The notes beneath the pieces were generated by a model. The model did no database searches and was not told the origin of the DNA. It saw only the letters and a program-made list of their open reading frames with translations. The position numbers and the translations under genes were made by a program. From the IMG/VR virus record IMGVR_UViG_3300025687_000026, positions 1 through 64,000 of that record: a stretch of DNA of 64,000 nt. One strand, given 5' to 3'. This DNA comes from a virus. Below, in pieces: positions 17,314 to 26,855 of this stretch. Position 1 is the first letter of the stretch. Each line of letters starts with the position of its first letter.

Positions 17314-17408
17314 GCATCGTCACACGGCACGGTCAGGCTCAGGTGGTTGTCATCGTTGAGCGAGAAGACGGACAGATGGAAGTCATCTTGGAACTGATGG
17401 ACTGAGGA

Positions 17409-17432
17409 CTTCACTACTTAAAGCGGCATCAA
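17409..17432 (+). promoter_or_regulatory. 24-bp viral element copy 6
   Basis: CTTCACTACTTAAAGCGGCATCAA upstream of ArdC. Confidence 0.72.
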
Positions 17433-17460
17433 TAACAAAGGACAGCAAGGAGGAACAACC

Positions 17461-18411
17461 ATGGCGAAGATGAGTAGAGAACAGAAGAAGACATACGGCA
17501 AACAGAAGAGCGATGAGATGAGCGAGCGGTGGTTCAACGCCATCGCTGACGGCATCAAGTCAGGCAACATCCCATGGCGTAAGCCGTGGAACGGTGGTGC
17601 TTCAGGTATGCCTCAGAACCTCAAGAGCAAGAAGACTTACCGTGGTGGTAACTTGATGGGACTGTGGTTCTCAGCCATGGCGGCTGGCTTCAGCGACCTT
17701 CGGTTCGCCACACGCAACCAACTCAAAGAGGCGGGCATGAGCATCGCTGGCCTGAAGAACGGGACTGGTTTCCCCATCCGCTTCTTCAAACCCAACACCT
17801 ACGAGAAAGAGAACGAGCGAGGCGAGGTTGAGGTTCGCTCAGGTTATGTCACCCGGTGGTATGAGGTGTGGTGCGTTGAGCAGTGCGAGGGTTACGAAGC
17901 CCCTCCCGTGAGCGACTCTCATCAACCTGTTCCCGTCCATGAGATGATGAGCAACTTCAACACCTATGTTGAGAGTCAACCCACGCTGACCTTGAACCGT
18001 GGCGGCAATCGTGCCTTCTATCGGCTCAACGGCGACACCATCCAACTCCCCGTCCACGAAGCATTCACCGATTCACTCGGCGAAGTCATGACGGCGTTTC
18101 ACGAAGCGGTTCACTCCACTGGGCACCCCCAGCGTTGTGAGCGTGACCTGAAGAACTCGTTCGGCTCCCCTGAGTATGCGCTTGAGGAACTGGTCGCTGA
18201 ACTTGGCTCCATGCTTACTGTTGTGCGCCTTGGTGGTGAGTTCAAACCTGATGCTGTCATGGAGGAAAACGCCAACAACATCGCCTACCTTCAGTCATGG
18301 CTCAAGGCTTGTAACGAGCAAGACAAAGCCCTCACCGCCGCATTCGGTCAGGCTCAAGCGGCCTCCGACTACATCGTTTCCTACTGTCAAAGCGAGGAGG
18401 TGAACGAATGA
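17461..18411 (+). CDS. ardC: ArdC-like antirestriction protein (ssDNA-binding domain + zincin-like domain)
   Basis: IPWRKPW, YRGGN, AFY, HEAVHSTGH, YALEELVAELGS, YLQSW. Confidence 0.85.
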   Translation: MAKMSREQKKTYGKQKSDEMSERWFNAIADGIKSGNIPWRKPWNGGASGMPQNLKSKKTYRGGNLMGLWFSAMAAGFSDLRFATRNQLKEAGMSIAGLKNGTGFPIRFFKPNTYEKENERGEVEVRSGYVTRWYEVWCVEQCEGYEAPPVSDSHQPVPVHEMMSNFNTYVESQPTLTLNRGGNRAFYRLNGDTIQLPVHEAFTDSLGEVMTAFHEAVHSTGHPQRCERDLKNSFGSPEYALEELVAELGSMLTVVRLGGEFKPDAVMEENANNIAYLQSWLKACNEQDKALTAAFGQAQAASDYIVSYCQSEEVNE

Positions 18412-18848
18412 GGAGCATCACATACACAGTCTACACGATTGACGAACATCCCGACAAGGAGAAGTGCTACGAGTGGATGCGGGACAACTTAGACTACTTG
18501 TCTGAGCACGAAGGTGAGGCATTCCTTGCTTCCCTCACCAAGTTGCACGAACACATTGGAGGCAAGTTCGACTACCGCGTTTCCCTTTATGTGGACCGAG
18601 GTGATGTGATTCGCTTCACGGACTACGATGAAGAACTGCTGGCTGAACTTGATGCAGATGCTTGCCCCTTGACTGGTTGCTATTGGGATGCGGAAGTGAT
18701 TGAACACCTGCGTGCCGATAACATGCGAGGGTTGATGGACAAACTGAACAAGGCACACGACTACTGCTACACCGACGAGGCTTTGCACGAAACGGCTGAG
18801 GCTAACGGATGGGAGTTCAAAGAGAACGGGGTGATGGAGAATGAATAG
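18408..18848 (+). CDS. Hypothetical acidic protein
   Basis: ATGA overlap; C-terminal EANGWEFKENG. Confidence 0.7.
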   Translation: MRSITYTVYTIDEHPDKEKCYEWMRDNLDYLSEHEGEAFLASLTKLHEHIGGKFDYRVSLYVDRGDVIRFTDYDEELLAELDADACPLTGCYWDAEVIEHLRADNMRGLMDKLNKAHDYCYTDEALHETAEANGWEFKENGVMENE

Positions 18849-19035
18849 TGGAATGATTGGAGATAAGGAAGTTGAGATGCACGAACTTGCTGACTTCACT
18901 TGGGCTATTGACATTGTTCGACACACATCTGAGGACACGAAAGAGTTGCTCGAAGGATGGATAGTCGCAGATGAACAAAAGGCACTTACATTGTATGATG
19001 AAAAAGTAAAGGAATTGCAGGAGATGATTGAATGA
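18841..19035 (+). CDS. Hypothetical protein
   Basis: Overlapping ORF chain. Confidence 0.55.
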   Translation: MNSGMIGDKEVEMHELADFTWAIDIVRHTSEDTKELLEGWIVADEQKALTLYDEKVKELQEMIE

Positions 19036-19535
19036 CTTGGGAAATGAGCGAATTGACATATGAAGTGACAGGAGAACACAGGGGTTGGATGTTGATTAAC
19101 ACCGAAACCAAGCGAACCATCGCTTGCGAATCGGAAGCCGAAGCAAGGGCTATCGCAGACGCACCACTTCTCCTTGAAGAAGTCAAGCGACTACAAAAGG
19201 TGGAGGCTCTCGCTGAGAAGCGGTTGGAGTTTATCCAACGCTTGATGAGCGAGAACGAGAACATGCGCTCTGACCTGTTTTGGCTTACGAACACGATGGA
19301 CGAAGGCCAACAGAAGGACACGGACTACCTCAAGCAACGAGCAGTTCACCCATCCATCGCTGACTTCGTTCAGAGCCTTGCTGAATGGGGCTTCAACCAT
19401 GTCGACCACGGATTCCTGTGGGAAGCCATGGTTTCAGTCATCGAGGCTGGCGAGCGTGGCGACCTTGATGACTTGATTGAGGAACAGGATTCACTACTTA
19501 AAGCGGCATCAAATGATGAGGGGGAGGAAGAATGA
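19032..19535 (+). CDS. Ead/Ea22-like protein, paralog 4
   Basis: AIADAPLLLEEVKRL; DNA at 19155-19189 similar to the 15103 and 15414 blocks. Confidence 0.65.
   Translation: MTWEMSELTYEVTGEHRGWMLINTETKRTIACESEAEARAIADAPLLLEEVKRLQKVEALAEKRLEFIQRLMSENENMRSDLFWLTNTMDEGQQKDTDYLKQRAVHPSIADFVQSLAEWGFNHVDHGFLWEAMVSVIEAGERGDLDDLIEEQDSLLKAASNDEGEEE
19489..19512 (+). promoter_or_regulatory. 24-bp viral element copy 7
   Basis: ATTCACTACTTAAAGCGGCATCAA inside the 3' end of a CDS. Confidence 0.65.
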
Positions 19536-19669
19536 AAGGAACAATGATTGCACTACGAAAAGCACAGAAGGAGAACCGTGAACTCAAGGAGAGACTCAAG
19601 GCCATGGAGCAGTGGCTCTCCGAAGAGACGATGGCCGAGATGGAAAAGCATGGGTGGGTGTTTGAATGA
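19532..19669 (+). CDS. Small coiled-coil protein (45 aa)
   Basis: Hand-translated; ATGA overlaps at both ends. Confidence 0.55.
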   Translation: MKGTMIALRKAQKENRELKERLKAMEQWLSEETMAEMEKHGWVFE

Positions 19670-19890
19670 TTACCTCATGTTTGAGCGTTAAATGCGAGTG
19701 TTGCAGGGAGCACTACAAAACCGAAGAACTTCACTCGCAAGAAGTGACGGAACTCAACCGACTCATCACTGAGATGCACAACATGCACATTCTCGGCACC
19801 CCCTTCAAGGAATGGGACATTGAGTTGCAGATAGCGGCCATGTCAGCGTATCTTGAAACGAAGGAATCGAAAGAGGAGTTGATTGCATGA
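19666..19890 (+). CDS. Hypothetical protein
   Basis: ATGA overlaps. Confidence 0.55.
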   Translation: MITSCLSVKCECCREHYKTEELHSQEVTELNRLITEMHNMHILGTPFKEWDIELQIAAMSAYLETKESKEELIA

Positions 19891-20180
19891 CCCGCATCAC
19901 TGCTGAAAGCATCCGTATGCAGATGGATTCTCTTCGCCTCCAACTGCGACGGCTTGAAGAGTTCAACTCCAAGAACTTCACTCCTGAGAAGTGCGCTGAA
20001 AAAGAACACTACTGGGTGGCTGTTGACAGCGAGCATGACTTCGGTGTCTACAACTGCGTCCTGATGGAGTGTCAACAGTGCGGCACCCGACAGTGGTGGA
20101 ACTACGATTTCAAGGACTCTGATGAAGAGGACCCATGGTCCGACCTGCGCCCTGAAGAACCCAAGGAGGAAGAGGAATGA
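19887..20180 (+). CDS. Hypothetical Zn-binding protein
   Basis: CxxxxH...CxxC; ATGA overlaps. Confidence 0.6.
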   Translation: MTRITAESIRMQMDSLRLQLRRLEEFNSKNFTPEKCAEKEHYWVAVDSEHDFGVYNCVLMECQQCGTRQWWNYDFKDSDEEDPWSDLRPEEPKEEEE

Positions 20181-20695
20181 ACATCTTCGTGCTCCATGAG
20201 AACCCCATCATCGCCGCTGAGATGCACTGCGACAAGCATGTGCCCAAGATGTGCGTCGAGGCCGCACAGATGATGGCCTCAGCCCTGCGCCGATGGGGGG
20301 CCACCGATGAGGACATGCCTCTCACCAAAGCAGGTAAGCCCTACAAGGGCGGCTACGCTCACCATCCCTGCACCGTTTGGGCCGGGGATTCATGGGCCAA
20401 CCTTGACTGGCTTGGCTCTCACGCCATCGCTCTCTGTCAAGAATATGAGGCTCGCTTCGGCAAGGAGCACGCTTGCTGGCGACCCATCGTTCACATGAAC
20501 TCACTCGCTCTCACACCACGCTTCTTCAACGATGCTGACAGGCTGACCCCGTTCGCTCAGGCCATGCCCGACGAACACCGTAACCCGTGCGCCATCACGG
20601 CCTACCGTTCTTACTACCATGACAAGACCTTCGCCAAGTGGGAGAAGGGCACACCTGCTCCCGACTGGTGGCGAGGCGTGGAGGTGACGGCATGA
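20177..20695 (+). CDS. Pyrimidine-dimer DNA glycosylase / endonuclease V-like family protein
   Basis: MNIFVL..HCDKHVPKM..EAAQM, HHPCTVW, EY..RFGK.H, QAMPD, AYR.YY. Confidence 0.75.
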   Translation: MNIFVLHENPIIAAEMHCDKHVPKMCVEAAQMMASALRRWGATDEDMPLTKAGKPYKGGYAHHPCTVWAGDSWANLDWLGSHAIALCQEYEARFGKEHACWRPIVHMNSLALTPRFFNDADRLTPFAQAMPDEHRNPCAITAYRSYYHDKTFAKWEKGTPAPDWWRGVEVTA

Positions 20696-20799
20696 GTGAT
20701 ACGAATGCACACAACCTGAAAATCAAAATTGAGACGGACGAATACATCTACTGGGAATACACGGAGGCATAAATCAGTTGAAAACCGATGGACTGAGGA

Positions 20800-20823
20800 C
20801 TTCACTACTTAAAGCAGCATTAA
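20800..20823 (+). promoter_or_regulatory. 24-bp viral element copy 8
   Basis: CTTCACTACTTAAAGCAGCATTAA then GGAGGAAACAAAC-ATG 20853. Confidence 0.72.
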
Positions 20824-20852
20824 GAAAAGAGGACAACAAGGAGGAAACAAAC

Positions 20853-23165
20853 ATGACGGAGATGATGAATATGAACGAACTACTGAGCAAGGAGCGGTTG
20901 GCTGAAGTCAAGTCGCAGAAGGCGGCGGCCATCTTCCGATACGCCAAAGCCTTCGGGACTTTCAGCATCCCACAGGACTGGGCCGTGCCCAACGCTGTGC
21001 CTTTGCTCTTGACTGACACTCCGCTCCATGTTGAGTCGGCTGGCGGAGTCACCGACTTCCCTGCATTCTTGAGAACCTGCCCACTCAACCCACGCCACGG
21101 TGTGCTTGAGTCTGTGCGCTGCGATGACATGGAATCACTTCACTCTGAGTTCAAGCGTCTCCGTGACATCATGATTGACGATGACCCTGAGGGTTGTCTC
21201 ATGCTCATGCCGTTCATCGACGCTGACAACAGTGCTGTGGTTGCTCTCAGCCACGGTGACTTCAACGGTTACGCCGTCTTCGGCCCCGGTCACGACGGTG
21301 TAACTGCTGGTCATGGCTTGCAGTTGGGCTTCCCTGTTCGTTCCGAGAAACACAGCGACAACATCGCACTCAACGCACTGGGTTGTAGCCCAGCAGACCA
21401 CGAACTTGAGTTCGTTTTCACCATGCCTAAGGGTCAGCGAGAGCGTGGTGTCTTCGATTGTAGCAAGGCCAATGGTGAATACATCACTCAGATTCGTGGG
21501 GCTCCTGAGCACACTCCCGTTAGCCCTCCACCTGCTGGTGTTGATACCATCGGCATGGTTCCGCAGGGTGAGGTTGTCATCAACGACTACATCATGATGA
21601 GTGGGCTTGAAGAGGTGGCTTGGCTTGAAGAGAACATCACCAAGGACAACTGCCCTGACGGTTACATGGTGGTCGAGCCGAACGGCTCTCGTCTCTCTCA
21701 CATCTACGCTCACTGCCGTGGCGTTGGTGTTCCCTATGTCATCACTGAGTCCGTGAACAAAGGTGACCGTTGGGTCGAGGCCGCTCCGGGTTGGGTGGTG
21801 CTTGACAACGAAGGCACCTTTGAGCCACAGCCCTACGCTCCCTCCGCATTCAAGGCCGACTTCATCCGTGGCCTCAATGCTGGTAACGACTACTGGGCTA
21901 AGCAACAGGGGTGGTTCTCCACCTTCTTCCATCAGTGGGTCAGTATGCCTTTGAGCAAACCTCAGGACACAGCGTTCCTCGCTGGTGTCTTTTGTGCATG
22001 GTTGCCGAAGTCCATCATGGCCCTCGGCCTCGGTGAGATGCGGCACGCTACTTCACTCAAGAGCAACGCTAACGCTTCACTGTTCGCTACCATCACCGCT
22101 TGCATCGGTGAAGATGTGTGGGTCAAGGTTCACGACAAGCCACACCTTGACAGCAATCGTAGCCACTACTATGCAGCCATCGGGCACATCAAACCAACCT
22201 TCTCACAGATGGCGAAGATGATGCTTTTCCTGTCCAAGCACTACATGAAGGGCTGGTCGGCTGGCTACGGCGGTCCTGCATGGGGCAACTCCATGGTGAC
22301 TGGAGCCACGCTCGCTCAGAGTGTGCAAACATTCCTTGACGCTCCTACTGATGAGAACCTTGACGCTCTCATCCTCAACGCCAACGCCGCTGAGAATGTG
22401 GTGCACAACAACGGCTTCCTGTTCAACAAGTGGCTGAGCAAGCGTGCGCTGGACGCAGGCACTGATGGCTTCAATGTTCGCAGTGACATCAAGAACATGG
22501 CCGCTACCTACACCATGGCGAGTGAGTTGCTCAACCCAGTGGAGGACATGAGTCCGGCTGAGGAACCTCAGCATGACTGGGATGGAGTGCTTGACTTTGT
22601 GTTCAAGAAGACTCCGGCCTACTGGCGCAAGAACCCGATTGCGATTGCCGCCAATGTGCCTGAGGCACTCAAGACTGCGGCCAAGACCATGCCGGTGGCC
22701 TACCGCCACGGCGACAAGGGCAGTCACAACAGCAGTCACAGCAAGGACTTCATCATGTGTGGTGTTGAGACTTGTTCCAAGTGTGCGTCCTTCATGCTGT
22801 GGGCAGCCAATAACAAGAACGAGGTGCCCGAACTGGTCGAGGTGCAACACTTGTTCGAGGAAGGAGCCATCGACATCATGCTTACTCCGACCAAGTTGGA
22901 TGTGTGGTTGGTCGGCACAGTGGTTCAAACCCGTGCTTCCGTCAAGCAACAGGTTGCTCTCATCAAGGCCAAGGAGTTCTTCCCTACCCCTGATGAGTTC
23001 AAGACCATCTACGCCGCACTCAACCCTGACGATTTGGACTACCCCGACATGGTGTATGTCCTGAACAAGTTCATGTCCAAGCAGGACGACAAGGAAGCGT
23101 TCGTCAACGCACTGCTCGGTAAGAAGCCGGACGACAATGACAACAACAAGGAGGCGATTGAATGA
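20853..23165 (+). CDS. Dikinase-like enzyme: degenerate ATP-grasp-like N-terminus, phospho-His swivel (PEP-utiliser mobile) domain, unknown C-terminal domain
   Basis: VVEPNGSRLSHIYAHCRGVGVPYV matches the GxxxSHxxxxxRxxGxPxV swivel signature (His codon 21699); LMPFIDA and ITQIRG resemble PEP-synthase N-domain motifs. Confidence 0.6.
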   Translation: MTEMMNMNELLSKERLAEVKSQKAAAIFRYAKAFGTFSIPQDWAVPNAVPLLLTDTPLHVESAGGVTDFPAFLRTCPLNPRHGVLESVRCDDMESLHSEFKRLRDIMIDDDPEGCLMLMPFIDADNSAVVALSHGDFNGYAVFGPGHDGVTAGHGLQLGFPVRSEKHSDNIALNALGCSPADHELEFVFTMPKGQRERGVFDCSKANGEYITQIRGAPEHTPVSPPPAGVDTIGMVPQGEVVINDYIMMSGLEEVAWLEENITKDNCPDGYMVVEPNGSRLSHIYAHCRGVGVPYVITESVNKGDRWVEAAPGWVVLDNEGTFEPQPYAPSAFKADFIRGLNAGNDYWAKQQGWFSTFFHQWVSMPLSKPQDTAFLAGVFCAWLPKSIMALGLGEMRHATSLKSNANASLFATITACIGEDVWVKVHDKPHLDSNRSHYYAAIGHIKPTFSQMAKMMLFLSKHYMKGWSAGYGGPAWGNSMVTGATLAQSVQTFLDAPTDENLDALILNANAAENVVHNNGFLFNKWLSKRALDAGTDGFNVRSDIKNMAATYTMASELLNPVEDMSPAEEPQHDWDGVLDFVFKKTPAYWRKNPIAIAANVPEALKTAAKTMPVAYRHGDKGSHNSSHSKDFIMCGVETCSKCASFMLWAANNKNEVPELVEVQHLFEEGAIDIMLTPTKLDVWLVGTVVQTRASVKQQVALIKAKEFFPTPDEFKTIYAALNPDDLDYPDMVYVLNKFMSKQDDKEAFVNALLGKKPDDNDNNKEAIE

Positions 23166-24271
23166 GCAACTGGATGAACGAGACGAGCAAGAAGACTGGA
23201 TGTCACACCGGCAACCCCGTGGTGTTTGAAGCGATGGGTGTCAAGGTGCACGCTGGAGGGCACAGCCGTAACGGTGGCTACCACCGCATGTCACCTGCGC
23301 CTGACCTCGCCATGGGTCCTGCTCAGGTCATGGGCAAGCAATCAGCAACCGTAGTCCCCGACGGTTTCACCTGCGCTGAGCATGTGTCGACCCCATACAT
23401 CATCAGCATCGACTGGCCTGACTTCGACATCCCTCAGGACATCCACCGTGAGTGGTGGCTCTCCCTCGTTGATGACATGCGACGACTCGGTATCAAGAGC
23501 GTCTCCACGCAGTGCGTTGGTGGCCATGGTCGCACTGGTGTGCAACTCGCCATCCTTGCTCACATCATGGGTGCAGTGCAGAAGCCCGATGCCGCCTCCC
23601 TCATCAAGTGGGTGCGCTCTACCTACTGCAGTCACGCTGTTGAGACTGCGAGTCAACAACAGTATGTTGCCGAGTGCTGTGACATACCCATGGGGGATTC
23701 ATTGTTCGCATCATTCAAGGCCCGTGGGCCGTCCTTGACCTTCAGTGATGATGCCCCAGTCAGCGTGCCTAAAAGCATCTACTGGGCTGACGAGGATGAA
23801 GACTATGAAGACGGGCTCTCCATACCCAAGGGCTTCAATCTCCTCGGCTGTCACGACTGTGGTGACCTGAGTTGGGTGCATGAAGACGATGCTGATAAAC
23901 CGTGCAAGTGCGGTAGCCCTGAGCGACTGAATACCAACGACATCCTCTACGATACAAATGCAACTTGCCTTGAGTGCGACAGCCCGTGCAACGACTTAGC
24001 CATCCAATCTGATGGCCGTTGCCTATCTTGTCATGCTCAGGAGCAGAAGAAGAAGACACGGGATGGCGATGTGCAGTGCGGTAAGTGCAAGCGTTACTAC
24101 ATCCCTGAGGTCATCAACTGTAAGACATTCCACTGTGTGGGTTGCGAGCGCAAGGCCACACAGAAGCCCAAGGGCAAAGGCAAGAAAGGACTCAAGCCTG
24201 TGCCCAAGGGCGGGCTCAAGGGCAAGGACCTGTATGACTTCGTTGATGGCTTTAAGGAGGACAACTGCTGA
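23162..24271 (+). CDS. Cys-based (PTP/dual-specificity) phosphatase with C-terminal Zn-finger repeats
   Basis: IDWPDF (WPD loop), QCVGGHGRTG (CX5R, Cys codon 23513), AVETASQ (Q loop), multiple CxxC. Confidence 0.85.
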   Translation: MSNWMNETSKKTGCHTGNPVVFEAMGVKVHAGGHSRNGGYHRMSPAPDLAMGPAQVMGKQSATVVPDGFTCAEHVSTPYIISIDWPDFDIPQDIHREWWLSLVDDMRRLGIKSVSTQCVGGHGRTGVQLAILAHIMGAVQKPDAASLIKWVRSTYCSHAVETASQQQYVAECCDIPMGDSLFASFKARGPSLTFSDDAPVSVPKSIYWADEDEDYEDGLSIPKGFNLLGCHDCGDLSWVHEDDADKPCKCGSPERLNTNDILYDTNATCLECDSPCNDLAIQSDGRCLSCHAQEQKKKTRDGDVQCGKCKRYYIPEVINCKTFHCVGCERKATQKPKGKGKKGLKPVPKGGLKGKDLYDFVDGFKEDNC

Positions 24272-24295
24272 CTTCACTACTTAAAGCAGTATCAA
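24272..24295 (+). promoter_or_regulatory. 24-bp viral element copy 9
   Basis: CTTCACTACTTAAAGCAGTATCAA immediately after a stop codon. Confidence 0.72.
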
Positions 24296-24324
24296 TGAAA
24301 GAGAACACCGAGGAGGAAACAAAC

Positions 24325-24750
24325 ATGAGTAACACCGATGGACAATATGGAGAACACCGACTGCAAGTGCGCTGTGAGTTTGATGCTCAACGCATTCACC
24401 TGCAGGGCGTAGGAGAAATACAGGTCAACCGCAAGTATGGCTTGGCCCTTGAACTACAGGCACCGCCTGAACTCACCGGCTGGCTACAGGAACAGGAGCC
24501 CACGACTGTGAGCCCCGCCAGCGGCAACGCCCTCTACATCAGGGCAGAGATGCGGCACTACTTTGAGAGCGACACCACACAACTCGTCGTGTTCGGTGAA
24601 TCGCTCAACCACCCTGAAGGGGCTGCGCTTGCGATGGACCCGAACGCTGAGAACCTCGCCGTGCAGACACTCATCGAGTTCGCCAAGCAGAACGGATTGC
24701 TGACTCTCGTGGCTGGCGACCCTTACACTGTGGAGGACAGCGAAGAGTAG
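24325..24750 (+). CDS. Hypothetical protein
   Basis: GGAGGAAACAAAC-ATG start. Confidence 0.7.
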   Translation: MSNTDGQYGEHRLQVRCEFDAQRIHLQGVGEIQVNRKYGLALELQAPPELTGWLQEQEPTTVSPASGNALYIRAEMRHYFESDTTQLVVFGESLNHPEGAALAMDPNAENLAVQTLIEFAKQNGLLTLVAGDPYTVEDSEE

Positions 24751-24751
24751 T

Positions 24752-24775
24752 CTTCACTACTTAAAGCAGCATTAA
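24752..24775 (+). promoter_or_regulatory. 24-bp viral element copy 10
   Basis: CTTCACTACTTAAAGCAGCATTAA. Confidence 0.72.
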
Positions 24776-24804
24776 CAAAAGAGGACACCAAGGAGGAAAC
24801 AAAC

Positions 24805-25338
24805 ATGGACAACCAAGACAATACGAAAGAAGAGAAACGAATGCAAGCACTGGCCGACAAGCACGCCGCTGACTACTCATACGGTCAATCGTGTGTGCCT
24901 GCAGGCAGCACTGACTCATCCACCCCGTTGGACACTGAGTTCTTCGGCGTGCGGATGCTCAATGGAGACATCCACAACCTGAGCGGCATGCACCATCGTG
25001 ACCGAATCATCGGAAATGAATACATCACATCGGACGGCATGCGGCACACAACACTTACTGCTCCGAGGCATGAGGTGCTGGACCACTACTCACAGGGGGA
25101 GTTCGAGGTCGACTGCATCGTCGTCCTCAGGATGCTCCCCTTCACACATAGGTGTGGTCATGTCTTCTACACCAACGATTGGTCAAGACCGATTCGAGCC
25201 CCCATCACACCGTTGGTCGAGGTTGTCGCTGAACTCAGCGACCTCACCATCGAGTCACCTGCAGAAGCGTGGAACTATGACCTCGCTGTTGTTCCTATTC
25301 CATCAGGTCAGTATGACTTGACGGAGGTGATTGCATGA
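24805..25338 (+). CDS. Hypothetical protein
   Basis: SD and ORF. Confidence 0.7.
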   Translation: MDNQDNTKEEKRMQALADKHAADYSYGQSCVPAGSTDSSTPLDTEFFGVRMLNGDIHNLSGMHHRDRIIGNEYITSDGMRHTTLTAPRHEVLDHYSQGEFEVDCIVVLRMLPFTHRCGHVFYTNDWSRPIRAPITPLVEVVAELSDLTIESPAEAWNYDLAVVPIPSGQYDLTEVIA

Positions 25339-26855
25339 GCGGAGAATGGAAAGGCTGGAACACATGGGAACGATACGAGAAAGCAGGAATTGTTGAGCGG
25401 AGTCTTGACTTTAGCGAGGAAGACATCATCGTCGACCACGCTGTCGGGCGAACGAAGAACGCCATCGGCAAGTGTTGGCCGATGGATGCGGCCGTGGCCT
25501 ACAGTCTGATGAAGGCTGGCCCGAACGCCTCGTTGACTTGGTCAGACCTCGTCAACCCCTTCACCCGTGCCGCCGCAGTCATGATGACACGCAAGGTGGC
25601 GTGGGGTGAAGTGCCCACGCCGGGCACTCCGTCCTGCGGTCACGATGAGTTCACGGGCTACCGAGCGTTGCTCGGCCGCCCGTCTAAGGACGCCAACGGC
25701 TACCTGCGATTCAGCACCGGCAGTTGGAACACCAAGACCATGAAGCAGTGGTTCAACGATTTGAAGTTGCCCGACGACCACCCTGCCCGCCCTCTCGCTG
25801 AAGTCAGGCTGAGCGAGTATAGCGTTATCTTCTTCGAGCACATCCTTCAAACGCCAGCATTCAAGCCCTTGTTGGACTTGCTCGTTGAGCGGTTCCCTGA
25901 CTTCAAGGTGGTGAAAGACACGCAGGTGAATTATGCTCTCACACACTACAAAGGTGAGTGTGCGTGGGCCAACGACAGTGAGAAGGCATGTCTCCATCAC
26001 GACACACCAAAGTCCACCATGTGGGCCTTGGTGCGCCACGCTGACAACGACGGCTTCGTCACTGCTTACACCCGTAAGGCTTGTCACAGTGGGTGGAACA
26101 ACCACCAGTGGAGTGATAGGGACATCAAACCTACCAGCACCGTCTCATGGGATGAGGTGCGTCGCAGCATGGCTGCCGCTGTTCCTGAGCACGAGGTCAT
26201 CGGTCATATCAAAGATAGCCTCTCTCGTATGCTCAAGCGCAACGACAACATCGTGAGCAAGGAGGGTATCGGTAAGAACGCCAAGCACAAGTGGTCCGAC
26301 TGGGGTTGGCTCGCTGAGATGGCTTCGTATGTCAAGAACACCAACAGCAAAAAGCGCAAGGAAGGTGACATCGTCAACGGCTGGGTCTACACCAAGACTC
26401 GCTCTCGTCAGTCCTACGGTCACGAGATTGCCGACTTCGTGTGGACGCCACAGCAAGAAGTCAAGGACTACATCGTGGCTCGTAAAGAGTATGATGATTG
26501 GAACGCTCGTGGTGTGCTCACCAACATGCGCTTCGCTTCCAAGGCTCAGGCCGAGGCGTTCGCCACGGCTATCGCCGCTGCTCACCTTGAGAACGGGGGC
26601 TTCTTCGCCTACCGCACTCACGAGGACTTCGAGAAGCGTGAGGACGAGGTGAATGTTCAGTGGAGCATCCGCTCCATCGACCAAACGAGTTCCCTCGTCA
26701 TGCTCGGCACCGTCGACCCTGAGGAATACTTCAGTCCTGAGGACATCATGATGCTCATGCGCAACGCTGCTCCCTCGGTCATCGCCGAGCACCGTGATAA
26801 GTTCGAGCGACTACCCTCCTACAACATCAAGGAGGTAAAGCCCGATGGGCAGTGA
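25335..26855 (+). CDS. Hypothetical protein (506 aa)
   Basis: Long ORF, SD GGAGGTGA, ATGA overlap. Confidence 0.8.
   Translation: MSGEWKGWNTWERYEKAGIVERSLDFSEEDIIVDHAVGRTKNAIGKCWPMDAAVAYSLMKAGPNASLTWSDLVNPFTRAAAVMMTRKVAWGEVPTPGTPSCGHDEFTGYRALLGRPSKDANGYLRFSTGSWNTKTMKQWFNDLKLPDDHPARPLAEVRLSEYSVIFFEHILQTPAFKPLLDLLVERFPDFKVVKDTQVNYALTHYKGECAWANDSEKACLHHDTPKSTMWALVRHADNDGFVTAYTRKACHSGWNNHQWSDRDIKPTSTVSWDEVRRSMAAAVPEHEVIGHIKDSLSRMLKRNDNIVSKEGIGKNAKHKWSDWGWLAEMASYVKNTNSKKRKEGDIVNGWVYTKTRSRQSYGHEIADFVWTPQQEVKDYIVARKEYDDWNARGVLTNMRFASKAQAEAFATAIAAAHLENGGFFAYRTHEDFEKREDEVNVQWSIRSIDQTSSLVMLGTVDPEEYFSPEDIMMLMRNAAPSVIAEHRDKFERLPSYNIKEVKPDGQ

Noticed and set aside
20853-23165. Ordinary PEP synthase/PPDK auxiliary metabolic gene
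   Set aside because: No recognisable PEP/pyruvate-binding TIM-barrel motifs; the C-terminal region is unrelated.
10944-25338. Shared C-terminal peptides EVVA/EVVE/EVNE/EVTA/EGEEE as a protein-sorting motif
   Set aside because: Explained by the next gene's SD (GGAGGTG/GGAGG) plus ATGA overlap, i.e. translational coupling.
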